64,000 bases of DNA from Okamejei kenojei (Eukaryota), in NCBI GenBank assembly GCA_035221665.1, contig CM069162.1:16306001-16370000 (forward strand), in the 5' to 3' direction. A program made the position numbers and the translations under genes. The notes under the pieces are model-generated. The model was not told the DNA's origin, did no database searches, and worked only from the letters and a program-made list of their open reading frames with translations. Position 1 is the first letter of the stretch; each line of letters starts with the position of its first letter. Of the stretch, positions 24,986 through 37,560 are shown piece by piece.

Positions 24986-25586
24986 CCTTTTCCAGACACT
25001 CTGGCAAGAGGAATCTTCACCCCAGAATCTGTCCTATTAGACTCCTTAGATATTTGTTATTTCAATAATATAACCCCTCATACTAGAGAATAAAAGGCAG
25101 TCTGCTTAATCCCCCCTCATCCCTCCCCCCCCCCCCTTCCAGGAATCAACCTGGTAAGCATGTATTGTTGCATATTTTCAGCCCAACCTCTGGTATAATG
25201 TAAAACAAAATTAACCCCTTGAGAAACAAAACTTGTGATGTGTAGCTTTTAGTTCAATTTTAGTAAAGGCATGCAGTTTCAGTTGAATTGTTATTAATTT
25301 TCATTAAAGTCCGCAGTGAATTCTCCACGAGTAAAATACAGCTGGTGAGTAGCAGCAGTAAACTTGACATTTTTTTTCTAATCTTCATTAAATGCTCAGC
25401 AAGTAATTCCTCCAGCGCAGTGCCAACTTCTTAGTTGCTTTAGTTGCTATGATACCATACAAAGCAGCCAGTCAAATGCAACGCATACTTGTAAGCACTG
25501 ATGCTTCATTGTTAAAAGTGCACGTTGATAAGATACTTTGTGCATGTTAATATAATTTAATCTTTAATATTTTTTGCCATTGACAG

Positions 25587-25785
25587 AGAATTGAAGATCT
25601 TATTAAAGAAAAAGATGTGGTGAATTGCGCAAATAAGTTGATGGAAGCAGTGTTAGAGAAACAAACGCTGGCAGCACTCACTCTATGGAAAGTGCTCTTC
25701 CGAATGAAAGAGGATGTGCCAAAGCTGTGCACCCTGCTGGATGAACTCCAAAAAGAACCAGATGGTCTCCGACTCATTTTATCAG
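25587..25785 (+). CDS. ZBTB40: ZBTB40 coding exon 7 (module 3, second half)
   Basis: tgacag|AGA; RIEDLIKEKDVVNCANKLMEAVLEKQTLAALTLWKVLFRMKEDVPKL; donor CAG|GTGAGG; phase 0-1. Confidence 0.9.
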
Positions 25786-27291
25786 GTGAGGCTTTTGTGC
25801 AGTGGTCCTGGAATTAGTACATTTTTTAAATAAATAACACATTTAATGTTAGAATTGGTGGCTCCTAAGTGCTGTTTAAAAAAAAAACATTGTAAAAGGA
25901 GTTGATGGCTTACAATAAGTGTGATTAAGTGTTAGAGTAATTGACTGGTATGTTAGAACCATCGCGGCTGGATATTGTAATGGGAACTTCTAACTATGGC
26001 AGCCTGTGTTGCATCTGTAAACTGTTTGTTTTTAGAAGCTTGCATAAAAGAGCTTGCCTTATGCACCAGTAGAAACCTGGTAAAAAAAATTAAAGTTATG
26101 CATTAACATGAATAGGAAATAATAAGGCAAGAAAATATATCAAAGATTTAATTATGTCTTCATAAGTAAATGAATTAGGAATGAAATTTGATCATAGCTT
26201 CCACCTCAATAATGAGGTGGTGTCATGATGGAATTGATGAAGCAGACTTTTCCCATTTTCATTGATCCGAGCAATACATTGGGATATGAAACCATCACGA
26301 CAAATAAGTGTCCTTTGAGAATGTTTTTACATCTATTAATGCAAGCCTACATAGATATATATAGACAATAGGTGCAGGAGTAGACCATTCGGCCCATCGA
26401 GACAGCACCGCCATTCAATGTGATCATGGCTGATCATCCACAATCAGTACCCCATTCATGCCTGCTCATAGATACATAGACAATAGGTGCAGGTGTAGTC
26501 TAGGAAGTTGAGAAACTAATAATCTATAGACAGGCAAGTTATGGAAGCAGCTTTGTGTAGTTGTAGGTGGGTATAACTGTGCAACACAGATTACAATAAC
26601 TGCTGTGTATTTGTAAGAATGGCTGTTTTAGTGGAAGTTAGGGATTCTCATGTGTGCATTCATTAAAACTGAAAACATTGATATTATAACCTTCAAGCTT
26701 TCTGTAGTTCATTTATGATTAGTGTTATTCTTTATAGAGATAACATTAATGTTCTGTAGAAAGCAATAATAATTTTTAAAAATATTATTGGTCATTTATG
26801 ATTAGTCTTTATAGAAATAGCATTAATCATTAAGGTTCTGCAGAAAGCAGTGACAATTTAAAAAATATTTAGATGGGTGATTTTAAAACTGCTTTTAAAA
26901 AAATGTATTTGTCTGCCTTCTTCGATCTCTCACCCACCTATGTCTGTCTCCCCTCTCTCACCTGGCTCCATTTGCCCGCCATCATTCACCCCTATAAGGT
27001 CAACCAGTCACCTTCTGGCCCATGCCACACCTCTCCCTCTCTCTTTTAGACTGACCATCTTCCCTCTACAATCTCAGTCCTGATGGCAGGGTCTCAACCT
27101 CAAACCTCTTCAGCTCCTTCCCCATCACAGATGCTGCTTGACCACGAGTTTCTTGAGCAGGTTGTTTGTTGCTATAGATTTTTAAATTACTGTTGACGCT
27201 GTCGGAAATTCTTTCATTTTCTGTTGATTTTTTAACTTGGTTGTGTGGTAATTCTTCTCATTCCCCCCCCCCCCCCCCCCCCCCTCCCCAG

Positions 27292-27428
27292 TGAGTGATG
27301 AGGAAAGTAAAGCCTTCAGTATTTTAAGAAAACACAGACAGTTGATCATCAATGGAATTGAGGACATCAGTCCACTGCTGGACTGTTTGGTGCCTGGTGT
27401 AGAAAATCTTCCCGCTGAAACAATTGAG
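27292..27428 (+). CDS. ZBTB40: ZBTB40 coding exon 8 (module 4, first half)
   Basis: Poly-C tract then cag|TG; VSDEESKAFSILRKHRQLIINGIEDISPLLDCLVPGVENLPAETIE; donor GAG|GTAATT; phase 1-0. Confidence 0.88.
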
Positions 27429-29157
27429 GTAATTTTTGTTCACACTTTAACTATCTTGATGCAGAGGTTTATTGCCTTTTCCATTACCTTAATACATTTG
27501 AACCACTTTGACTTTGACAAATATATCACTGAAATCTCATGTGAAGGATGCAAAGCATTATCTGTTGTTAAGTGAAACATAATAAGCTTGGGATAATGTG
27601 ATCAGTAATATTTTTTGGAAGGAAATTGTTAATATTATTTTCTTAGTCAAATAGCAAAAGAAGCAGGTTTGGAGATACAAATCTAAAGTATTAAAGGGGC
27701 ATCACTGGCAAGGAGGTATATATGGTACAACATGTTTATGTAGGCAGATTCATTCGTCAACTTTACATGGGAGAATACAACTAGAAAAGCTGATACAAAA
27801 ATGTACCAAATAGTGTCAGAGGATTGGCAATGTTACAAACTGATATGTACAGATTTTCATTAGTTGGTTTTCTTGATTCCAATTCTCTCCTCCCCCACCT
27901 AGCCTATAAGAAGGGTCCTGACCTGGAACATCACCTATCCATGTTCTTCAGAGATGCTGCCTGACCTGCTGAGTTATTCCAGCAATTTGTGTCCATTTTT
28001 GGTATAAACCTGCAACTGCAGTTTATTTTATATTAAATTAGATGCCACTTACCATTTGCAACTTTTTGCAATGTGGTTCTGGACGCAGTATTTTGCTAGG
28101 TGGCAGTGTTCTTGCAGGCCCATGAAGCGTAACGCAGAGGAGGGGCTGACTGCTGTCACCAGACAGTTGCACTCACAGAAAAGCTTGTCCCAATATACAA
28201 CAGACTTGAGAATCATTTAAAAAAATAATCTTAGAGTAATTACAATTATTTTTTCTAAAACAAATAGCATGTAAAAAGCACACACCCATGAACAGAATAT
28301 TTAACCAGCATAGTTGCATTAAACAATAGGCTTTTCTAATGATAAACAATTTCTATCATTCATTTAATGATAGTGCCTATGGCAGGTTTAGTTTGAGTCG
28401 GAGGACGAACTGGATTATCGTAAGCGCCTGATTTATCAGTAGTTGGCCACAATTGTTAGTGGCGAAGCTTCTTGACGAATAAATAACTCTATCATTGTCA
28501 AAGTGGAAGTAGGGTTGTGCAAACTCTTTGTGTGAGATTGCACATTCACTTTCTTAATATTTTAGATGAATGGCTTTGCAACATTAGGTCAGTGACCCTT
28601 CATTGTTGAAAATATTATGAGGTGTAAGTGAGATTTCCTGCATGCATGGATTGTGTGCTTTCAGGGAATGTTCCAGCACCATCACAGATGTAAGTGAAAG
28701 ATCCATCAGCATCAGATGTACTGATTGGTGTGAGCAAAGGTCTCAGCAGCATCACAAGAGTTTCTGACAAAAATAAAATGAAATATTATTTGTACTCAAT
28801 AACCATTTTTCCAATAGAATCTCGTGCATTTTGTAATTTCAGCATTTTACTGGCATTTCCATTAGTTTTGCTAACATTTTCTAATATAAAAGCAAGTGCA
28901 TGTATTTTGTACTTGTTGAATTAAAGTCTCTCTTGCTATCACAGGTGTAGGTTGCATTATGGTAAAAGTCCTTGCATTGTGCAAATAGCATTTCTTGTAT
29001 GTTCTGTTTTGTGATACAGTACCACATCACTGTTGATAAAAGAATGGGATTCTTCCATCTGTTTCAGTCAATTCCTGGGACAGATTCAAGGCCCATAATT
29101 TTTATGTGAAATTAATAGAGAGATGCTTTTACATGTGGTGGGGTAGTCAGACAAGAG

Positions 29158-29457
29158 TCAGCACAGTGGCACAGCTAGCTGGGAGAGCCGCTGCCTCACA
29201 GCACCTGAGACCCAGATTGGATCTTGGGTGCTGTCTTTGTGGAGTTAGCAAGTTCTCCCTGTGACTGTGGGTTTTCTCTGGGTGCTCTGGTTTCCTCCCA
29301 CATCCCAAAGCAGGTTTGTAGGTTAATTGACCTCTATAAATTGCCCCTAGTGTGTAGGCAATGGATGCAAAAGTGAGATAACAGAGTAGTGTGAACAAAT
29401 GACCAATGAACGGCGTGGACACAGTGGGCTGAAGGGCCTGTTTCCATGCTATATCTT
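29158..29457 (+). mobile_element. HE1-like tRNA-derived SINE (V-SINE type)
   Basis: tRNA-like head GCACAGTGGCACAGC...GCTGCCTCACAGC, core GTTCTCCCTGTGAC...TTCCTCCCACATCCCAAAG, CR1-like tail GGGCTGAAGGGCCTGTTTCC. Confidence 0.85.
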
Positions 29458-29873
29458 GCAATCCATTAATCATCTAGGAAATAGGGCAGCAAAGGAAACA
29501 AATGGTGAACAATAATGCATTCCCACCACCTTTAGATAAAAAAAAACACCTCAATTAATAGGTGATGTGAATCGATAGAGACCACATAATTGCAATTTCC
29601 ACAACACGCAGTTAACTGTCTGTCACCTTCTGCAAAGTATATTGACGCTAAAAAATAAGAATAGTTTACATAATTTATACTAGAGTTATACAAAAATGCA
29701 GGAGAATTAGTTCAAGGAGCTGAGTAGTTATAGTTTATATTGACCTGACTAATTATTCAGTGCTGTGGCAGGTTGAGTGTATACATTGAGTAGATTTTTG
29801 ATATGCACTAAAAATATATATTTTTAAATTCTCATGAATTATTTGCATGGTTTATATTTCTTCCCACTGTCAG

Positions 29874-30045
29874 ATTTTGAAGAGCTGTTGTTTCAAGGAT
29901 ACTGCTGGTCAGTCACTAGAAAGTATTCTGGGCAAAATTCTAGAAGAACGGCTCGTTCCTGCCCTGGTGTTTTGTAAACTCTTGCATATGATCAGTGAGT
30001 CCCATCCGTCCCTTGAATTGGTAATGAAGACAATGGAACATGCAG
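29874..30045 (+). CDS. ZBTB40: ZBTB40 coding exon 9 (module 4, second half)
   Basis: tgtcag|ATT; ILKSCCFKDTAGQSLESILGKILEERLVPALVFCKLLHMISESHPSLELVM; donor CAG|GTAACT; phase 0-1. Confidence 0.9.
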
Positions 30046-31235
30046 GTAACTGTACAAAGAAGGATTTGCGTTTAGATATCTTATGAGCATGGGCACAAGT
30101 AAGATTTATAGTTTTGTCCATAAAACGTTATTTTACACCGACTTGCTTTGTACCTCTACAGGTACCGTAAACAAACAAATTTACTTGCGTTCCAAAGTTA
30201 AGTCATCTTCAGGGATTGTAATGGTTATTTTCCATCTTACAAAGTTGGAGAACTAACTTTGATGCAATTGCTCTAACTTTCACAGATTTCAGATTCCTAG
30301 CCTGTCATTTTGTGAACTTGCTAAAAACGTAATGCCTACTACTACCTACTGTCAATAAAATGATCCCTTTAAGGACCAATTTTGAATCCACACCCACATT
30401 GTGGTTCAAGGCATAGATTGTAAAATTTCTCTGGAGTAAGCTTGTTCACAGCTTATTGATCCACAAAGAATGACACTTGCAGTATTTTGCTCAGCAATAA
30501 TCAGCAATGATTTTTGAATTGCCTCAGTTTGTAACTTTTAAAATATAATTTCAAGAAATATCCCTCGGAAAAGCAGAAGGAAAATAAATTAGTAAGAATT
30601 AGAAATACTTGAATCAGTAGCACATATGAGAGAAATTATGAATACTTCAGGTTGTTGGTTATCATGAAGGTGAAAGCAGTTTTCCTCTCTGCTTATAACT
30701 TTTAAAATCAAACTTCTGTTAGATTAAATAGTAATGTCTATATCTAAATTCAAACCTAGATTTAAGGAGCTAGCTAGTAGTTCCATTTCACCACTAAATG
30801 CAGGGTGAAATAATCATGAACATTTCATAGTCGTAGAGAGTCACAGGGCACAGAAACAGGCCCTTTGGCCCAGCTTGTCCATGCTGACCAAGATGCCCAA
30901 TCTAAACTAATTCCATTTGCTCACGTTTGTCCCATGCCCATATAAACCTTTTCTATCCATGTGCCTGTCCAAGTGTCTTTTAAATCCTTCTCTGTTTTTA
31001 AATGTCTTTGTGCATTGTCTATTCTTCTTCACAAAACTGCAGCCACCCAGGCAGTGAGCTCTGTCGGCCATAGATATGAATTCTGTTCTTCATTGAACAC
31101 TGACCATCAATCACAGCTTTAAGTAAAGAAATTACAATATAATTCTAGAATGTCATGTAAAAGTAGGGTTTTCCAGCATCTGCAGTTCCTTTTGTCTACC
31201 TTCGATTTTCCAGCATCTGCAGTTCCTTCTTGAAC

Positions 31236-31416
31236 ATAATATGTGAATGCTTCATTGAGCATAATTCCGACTGATAACTACGCACTTCGTCCGAGCACAT
31301 TATCGCATACGTCATGCAAACCGTCTTAAATGACCACCTAAACTCATTTGGCAACCTAAAAAACTGTCAAGGTTGCCCGGCTGGCAACAGGGAAAAAAAG
31401 TTAAGTGAGAGCCCTG
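31236..31416 (-). mobile_element. Terminal fragment of the same hAT-like element as 8116
   Basis: Reverse complement of about 8116-8300, ending ...GTTAAGTGAGAGCCCTG. Confidence 0.85.
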
Positions 31417-32006
31417 GCTATTATTTACCGTTTTGGCACAATTCCTTGATCTCACAGGCAGACAAACAAGACAAGACTTTTAGTATTATATATAGATAGA
31501 TACATATGTGTTAAATAGTGATTTGCTATTCTTTGACGTATTTTGTTAGAATGCTAAGTGCCCTCTATTTTAACAAAATGCATTTCAACTTCCAATTCTA
31601 ATGCCAACTACAGAATAAATCCTCAAGTTTAATTCCAAATTATGAATAGTGTTGTATGTTTGGAACTGGGTTAAGGCAGCCAAATTCTTAACATAGGAAT
31701 CTCTACATTCTGTTAGAACCGTCCTAATCCAGAGGTGAAAGGAGAAATGTGATTTTTAAACCCTGATGCCCCGTTCCCCAATAACTTAATAACTTAAAAT
31801 AAATACTTAGCAAAACTGTTTTAGGAAGCTTAAACTTTTAGACATTATATTAACTTTATACATAGTGTAGGCAATAAATTTACTTTGCAAAGTACTGGAA
31901 ATATTGTGAAAATAGTCTTGCGATATTCATATTTAGCAACCTAAAGAGTTTTCATTGCAAATATATGTTCTGAAAGTGTAATCCAAATCTTTTTCTAATT
32001 TATTAG

Positions 32007-32429
32007 GACTATTGAAAGAAGCAATGAGTGATCTGGAAGAGGATCAAAAGGAATATCCAATGGATCAGGAAGAGAGAAGTGAGGAAGATGGGGATCACCC
32101 TGATGGCACTGGCCATGTCAAGGAAAGTAGCGGTGATCCAGCAATAGATCCGATGAAGCCAAAGCACAAACCCCGAGGGAAGCAGGACTTTTCCTGTTCT
32201 GCATGTGGCAAGACTTTCATGTTTAAATGTCGCCTTGAGCTACACCTCACCCGCTGTCGCAAGATTGGTCCGCTTAAAACCATTAACTGGGAGGAATGTG
32301 AAGAGACTAGGACTTCCCAAAAGGATTTAGAAAATCCACGAGAAGATGTGCATGTTGCACCAAAGGGAAAGAAGAGAAGGCTGCCAGTTTCTTGTGACAT
32401 CTGCGGGAAGTCCTTTGCTCACCAGTCAG
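32007..32429 (+). CDS. ZBTB40: ZBTB40 coding exon 10: acidic linker, C2HC finger, degenerate finger, start of the C2H2 array
   Basis: tattag|GA; CSACGKTFMFKCRLELHLTRC; basic KGKKRR stretch; CDICGKSFAHQS; donor CAG|GTTAGA; phase 1-1. Confidence 0.93.
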
Positions 32430-32514
32430 GTTAGAAAGCCCTGGTAATTCATTCAGTTAGTTAAACGCCAGTCACAGACTCAAAGTTCTAAAAGATTAGT
32501 GCCAGTAGAATTAA

Positions 32515-32517
<3 letters not shown>

Positions 32518-32564
<47 letters not shown>
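32518..32564. repeat. (TA)n microsatellite
   Basis: Directly visible. Confidence 0.95.
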
Positions 32565-32568
<4 letters not shown>

Positions 32569-33145
32569 AGTAATATTGCTGAAATAGTGAATCAATGTTT
32601 TGAAGAATTTACCACTAGATTTTAGCTGATGCAAAGCTTGTCATTTCCCAACAATTGGAGAGGTTTTTCTAGTCGGTGTGGCAGTAGTATTTAATATTTT
32701 AAAAAGAATAGAGTGTTTACAGTTACAGGGGCCGGATACTTTATAACCTAAAATGCTGAGGTAGACTTGGGTAGTGCTGGCTGTGTGCTAAAGAAATAAT
32801 GATTATGAGGATTATGAAAATTATGAGGATCTGTAATATTGTGCCTGAACGATTGTATTAATTTTGAGAGAGGTATTATAGTTGAGCCGATATTAAGTAG
32901 CCCAATACCTGAAAACTCAGCAGCTACAGTGAATGATTTTTAAACATGCAGTATCATACTGTTTATATTTTGGGGTGTTGTATTTTGGGGTGTCAAATGC
33001 CTTTGCGTTTAAAATGTTAATACAATATTGTGGATAACTTCATTTTTTTAATTTAGATTGGGTGAATCATAACAGTAAAATAGTTTTTGAGGATGTGTTT
33101 CTAAAATGCATTTGAAGATGTTTCCTGGAGTTATCCATCAGTTTA

Positions 33146-33441
33146 GTTTAGAGAGGCAGCATGGAAATGGGCACTTTGGCCCACCGAGTTCACCCCAAGC
33201 ATCGATCACTCGTTCACACACGCTAATTCTATACGGTCCCTATGCACTAGGGGCAATTTACAGAGGCCAATTAACCTACAAACCCGCACGTCTATGGGAT
33301 GTGGGAGGAAACTGGAGCACCCGGGGGAAACCGATGCGGTCACAGGGAGAACGTGCAGACTCCGCACAGAGAGCACCCAAGCTCAGGATTGAACCCATGC
33401 TGTGAGACAGCAAATCTACCAGCCACACCACTGTGCTGTCC
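33146..33441 (-). mobile_element. HE1-like SINE
   Basis: Reverse complement of the family consensus seen elsewhere in this window. Confidence 0.85.
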
Positions 33442-34942
33442 GGTTATCAATGATCAGGCTTGTTTTGTGTAAAGGAGCCTTTAGAAACGATTTGTGCTAT
33501 TACAACATTTGAGAATTTAAGTCTGAAATTCAAGTCTTGAAGTTAAAACAGGTTACGTAGTACTGGGGTGGGAGTTGTTTGCTAAAGGCAGTGTGGACAA
33601 ATGGATTAAAAGCTAATTGGAAAACATAAACATTAATGTTATTCTCATTATACTTTGTATTAAGAAATAAAAACTCAGTTGGAAACTGATCTAGCCAAAG
33701 TTAGTTTGGGGTTAAGCATTGTATTAAACTCAAAGAAGGGACTCTTCCAAGAAGATGAAGAAACATGAGGATTGGGAGAGCAATCAGGAAATATAACAGA
33801 TTGTAGGATCTTTGAAGTTTATGCAAAAAGAGAGCTGCAAAGCTGATCATGAGCCCTATAAATGGATGAACTGGGAGAAGTTGTAATGGGGAATAAGGAA
33901 CTAGCTGAGGAATTATGTGTAAGAAGGAACTGCAGATGCTGGTTTAAACCGAAGATAGACACAAAGCTGGAGTAACTCAGCGGGCCAGGCAGCATCTCTG
34001 GAGAGAAGGGATGGGTGACGTTCGAGACCCTGTCCCGCTGAGTTACTCCAGCTTTTTGTGTATATCTTTAGATGAGGAATTAAACGGGTATTGTTCATCT
34101 GTTCAAGTGGGAAATATATGTACTGGGTTACTGAGGGTAATTAATATTAGTAAAAGCTGGTATCTGTCCTAATGGTCTTTAATCTTAGGCTTTTAACAAA
34201 GAAAGTGGAAGCATCTGTAGGACTCTTGCTGCATTTTTAGAATGGTCCCTATTGAATTGGTAACTAACAGGTGGGAGAAAATAATGAACAGCCTAATTCC
34301 AGGTGCCTGGAAAGCACTGGGAACCATTTTTAAGTATGTGGTTGCAGGATATTAAAAAAATATATAATATAATTAGACATACAAATCATGTTTGACAAAT
34401 TGAATTGTGTATTTGGAAAATGTAATTGATGGGGGAATACTGGATGACATGTAGCCATATTTAAGTTAGGCAAGAGCAGATTGCAACGGTAACTATGTAG
34501 GAATATGGACCTTATCTTGCAAATTATGAGAGAAGATACTATTCAGCCCATTGGGTGTATGTCTGCTCCTGGGGAGCAATCTCATCAGACCAATTTTCCT
34601 CCCCTCTTTTTTTTTTTAACTAATGCAACTTATTCTCTCTCACAAAAGCCCTCAACTCATCTACTTCTTTTGGTCATTGCTCTTTGCTGATTGGTAAGAT
34701 CATTTCCCCACCCATGTCCAGATCCTGTGGTTCTCTTGGTGTCCATGAAAGGTAATTGCCCTGCAACACTCCTTGCTTCCAGGATGCGATACTTGCTGTA
34801 AATACTCAGTATTTTCTCTTTCTATTGCTGTTGAAAGTAGGTTCAGCCAGGAACACTCAGCTGCCAACCTCATTGCAGCATTGGTTCAGCCTGAGTGAAT
34901 TGCCAGAAGAACCTCAGTAAAATTGAAATCTCTACTTCAGAT

Positions 34943-35246
34943 GGCTCAGGGGCACAGCTTGGACAACTGCTGCCTCACAGCGCCAGAGAGCTGGGGTCGA
35001 TCTTGGCACTGTCTGCCTGCAGTTTGCAAGTTCTCCCTGTGACAGCGTGGGTTTCCTCTGGGTGCTCCGGATTCCTCCCGCATCTTAAGGCTGTGCAGGT
35101 TTGGAGGTTAATTGGCCTCTGTAAATTGCTCCTCATGTCTAAGGAGTAGATGAGAAAGTAGAATAACATAGAACTAGTGAACTGGTGATCAATGGGCGAC
35201 ATGGACACGAGGGGCTGAAGTGCCTGTTTCTATGCTATAGCTCTAA
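34943..35246 (+). mobile_element. HE1-like SINE
   Basis: Full-length head, core and tail as at 29158; B-box-like GGGTCGATC. Confidence 0.85.
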
Positions 35247-36666
35247 ATTCAAAGTTAAAATCATGGCTAGATGATCATGATTGTTGGACTAACGAGGACC
35301 ACAGCAAGAAAGCAGTATAGGTATTTCTCAGCATATTGGCCAAGTTTCAGCCTTGTTCAACCGCCTGATCTATAACCTTCCCTCAGTCTTAACGTCAGAG
35401 GAGCCAAGTTTTGAAATTATTGAATGCAGTATCTGGCCATATTCCCAACTCAAATTGTGAAGCAGTCTTTGAGTCGATATGCAATAAGACCTGGACAACC
35501 CAATGTAATGTTAAGTGGTGAATGGGATTTGTTATTCACAAGTGCCAGGTAATGCCCATCTCCAACAGATGAGAGTCTGAGCACTAGTTGATTGATAATA
35601 AAGTTGATTGATATTCAACGGGGTTATCCTGCTTCTTATCGAGTCCACAAAACAAGATTAGAAATTGTTCAACCAGAGCAGAACACACTTCTCGGCATCT
35701 GCATTCAATGGCGTCTTGCGCTTCTTGTGTATGGTGGTGGAAAGATTGGTGGAAACAGGGCCGCGACGTGAACGCTCTTTCCTTGACCCCGTAATCCTGC
35801 TGAATCCTTCATTCACGGGGTCACCTTTGACCTGCAACTTCACTCCTCTTCACTCTTGTCTACTCTAATTTTCTCTTTCTCTTCTCCTGCTGTGAATAAA
35901 TGTTGCACTTATCTAATGTCATTTGCCTGCATCAGTAATTCCTGGGCAAATGATTTCAGAAATTAATCATTATTGAATTTTCTAATAATACTGCTGTCCT
36001 CTGCTATTTTCATGTAAGATAGAGTGACAAGTTCAATAAAAGAAAGTAAGTGAAGTACTGGTTGAACTTGACGGGCTCCTATCAAATTTACTGAAGGTGT
36101 AGGTACTCTATTGACAAGCTGAGAGAGAGAGAGTGTGTGTGTGTGTTAAAACAACAAAAAATCTAAACAAATAACAGTAAAGATTCAAATTATCTCCATT
36201 GTTATGCTTTTTGTTTGCGCGATCTAGGTGACAACAATTTGGCACTATTTTTAACCATTCTAATTGATGCAGTGTTGAGAATTAACCATGTAATGTAGCA
36301 CTGGTGCTATGCAAAGGTTGCATCGGTAGATCACGTAGCTTCTCTTGATCAAATAAACATGTGTGACTCTGTTGGATTTCCTTATCATTTACAGATACCG
36401 GGTCACAAATTGCCATTTTTAAAAAGAAGTTTCATAGCGTGCTGTTACAGAATTTTAAATCCTTGTTTTGGATGTTTATCCACAACCATAATTACGAAGG
36501 TACCAAGCACTGAAGAAGAGCTACCTCCAGGCAGTTCTAAATCCAATTATATTCTAATAATCCTGTGCACACATTGCCAACATGTTGACGACATGATTGT
36601 CCCCAGCCTGCTTTATGTTATATATTAAATATTTAAGGCTTTCGTGTGTTTCATCTTCCTCTGCAG

Positions 36667-36873
36667 GAATGCAATATCATAAGCGCTCTGATCACTTTGA
36701 TGAGAAGCCCTTCTCATGCAATGACTGTGGGGCAAAATTTGCAGCAAATTCCACGCTGAAGAATCACATGAGACTCCATACTGGCGAGAAGCCTTTCTTT
36801 TGCAAACATTGTGACATGACATTTGTACAAGCTGCCGCCTTGGCATATCACATGAAGAAAAAACATTCGGAAG
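36667..36873 (+). CDS. ZBTB40: ZBTB40 coding exon 11 (C2H2 fingers)
   Basis: ctgcag|GA; [44 protein letters not shown]...HMKKKHSE; donor AAG|GTATGA; phase 1-1. Confidence 0.95.
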
Positions 36874-36979
36874 GTATGAATGCGAAAGCACTTAAAAACA
36901 ATGATGTTGTAATATTTTTTCATTGTTACAGCAGTTCATTTGAAGTTGTCTCCCTAACTCTTTACTGAGGTATCCGTGA

Positions 36980-37560
36980 CATAGAGTTGTTCAACGTGAA
37001 AACAGGCCACGTGGTCATAACCGTCTATGTCGACTTAGACTGAGCTTGTCCCATTTGCCTGAATTTGACCTATTGGCTGGACATTTTCTGTTCATGTACA
37101 TGTCCAAACGTCTTTTAAATGTTGTAACTGTACCCACCTCTACAGATCCCTCTGGCAGCTTGTTCCATGTTCCCACCACTCCCTGCAAAAAAATTGCCCC
37201 TCAGGGCTCTTTTAACTCTTTCTCCTCTTATCTTTAATTTTATTGTCTTGTTTTAACCTCCCATGTGAGGAAAATTCTGATAGTCCACCTTATCTATACA
37301 CTTTATGATTTTTTTTTTTTTCTGTATCTTTATGTCAGCCCTCAGTCTCCTACATTTTAAAGAATAAAATCCCACCCTATTCAGCCTTTCCTTAAAAACT
37401 CAAGACATCCAGTCCAGGAAACATCCCTGTGAATCTTTTCTCTTAATAACTTTCTTGGATAGCTGTGCGACCAGAACTGAACACAATACTCCAAGTGCAG
37501 TCTCACCAGTGACTTTTACACTTACAACATGATGTTGATAGCATGAATGATGAAGGCAAA
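36980..37560 (-). mobile_element. Degraded CR1 3' end
   Basis: CCAGAACTGAACACAATACTCCAAGTG is antisense of HLEYCVQFW; CR1 tail near 36990. Confidence 0.75.

Noticed and set aside
29158-29230. tRNA gene
   Set aside because: tRNA-like head of an HE1-type SINE, continuing into SINE core and tail; no complete cloverleaf.
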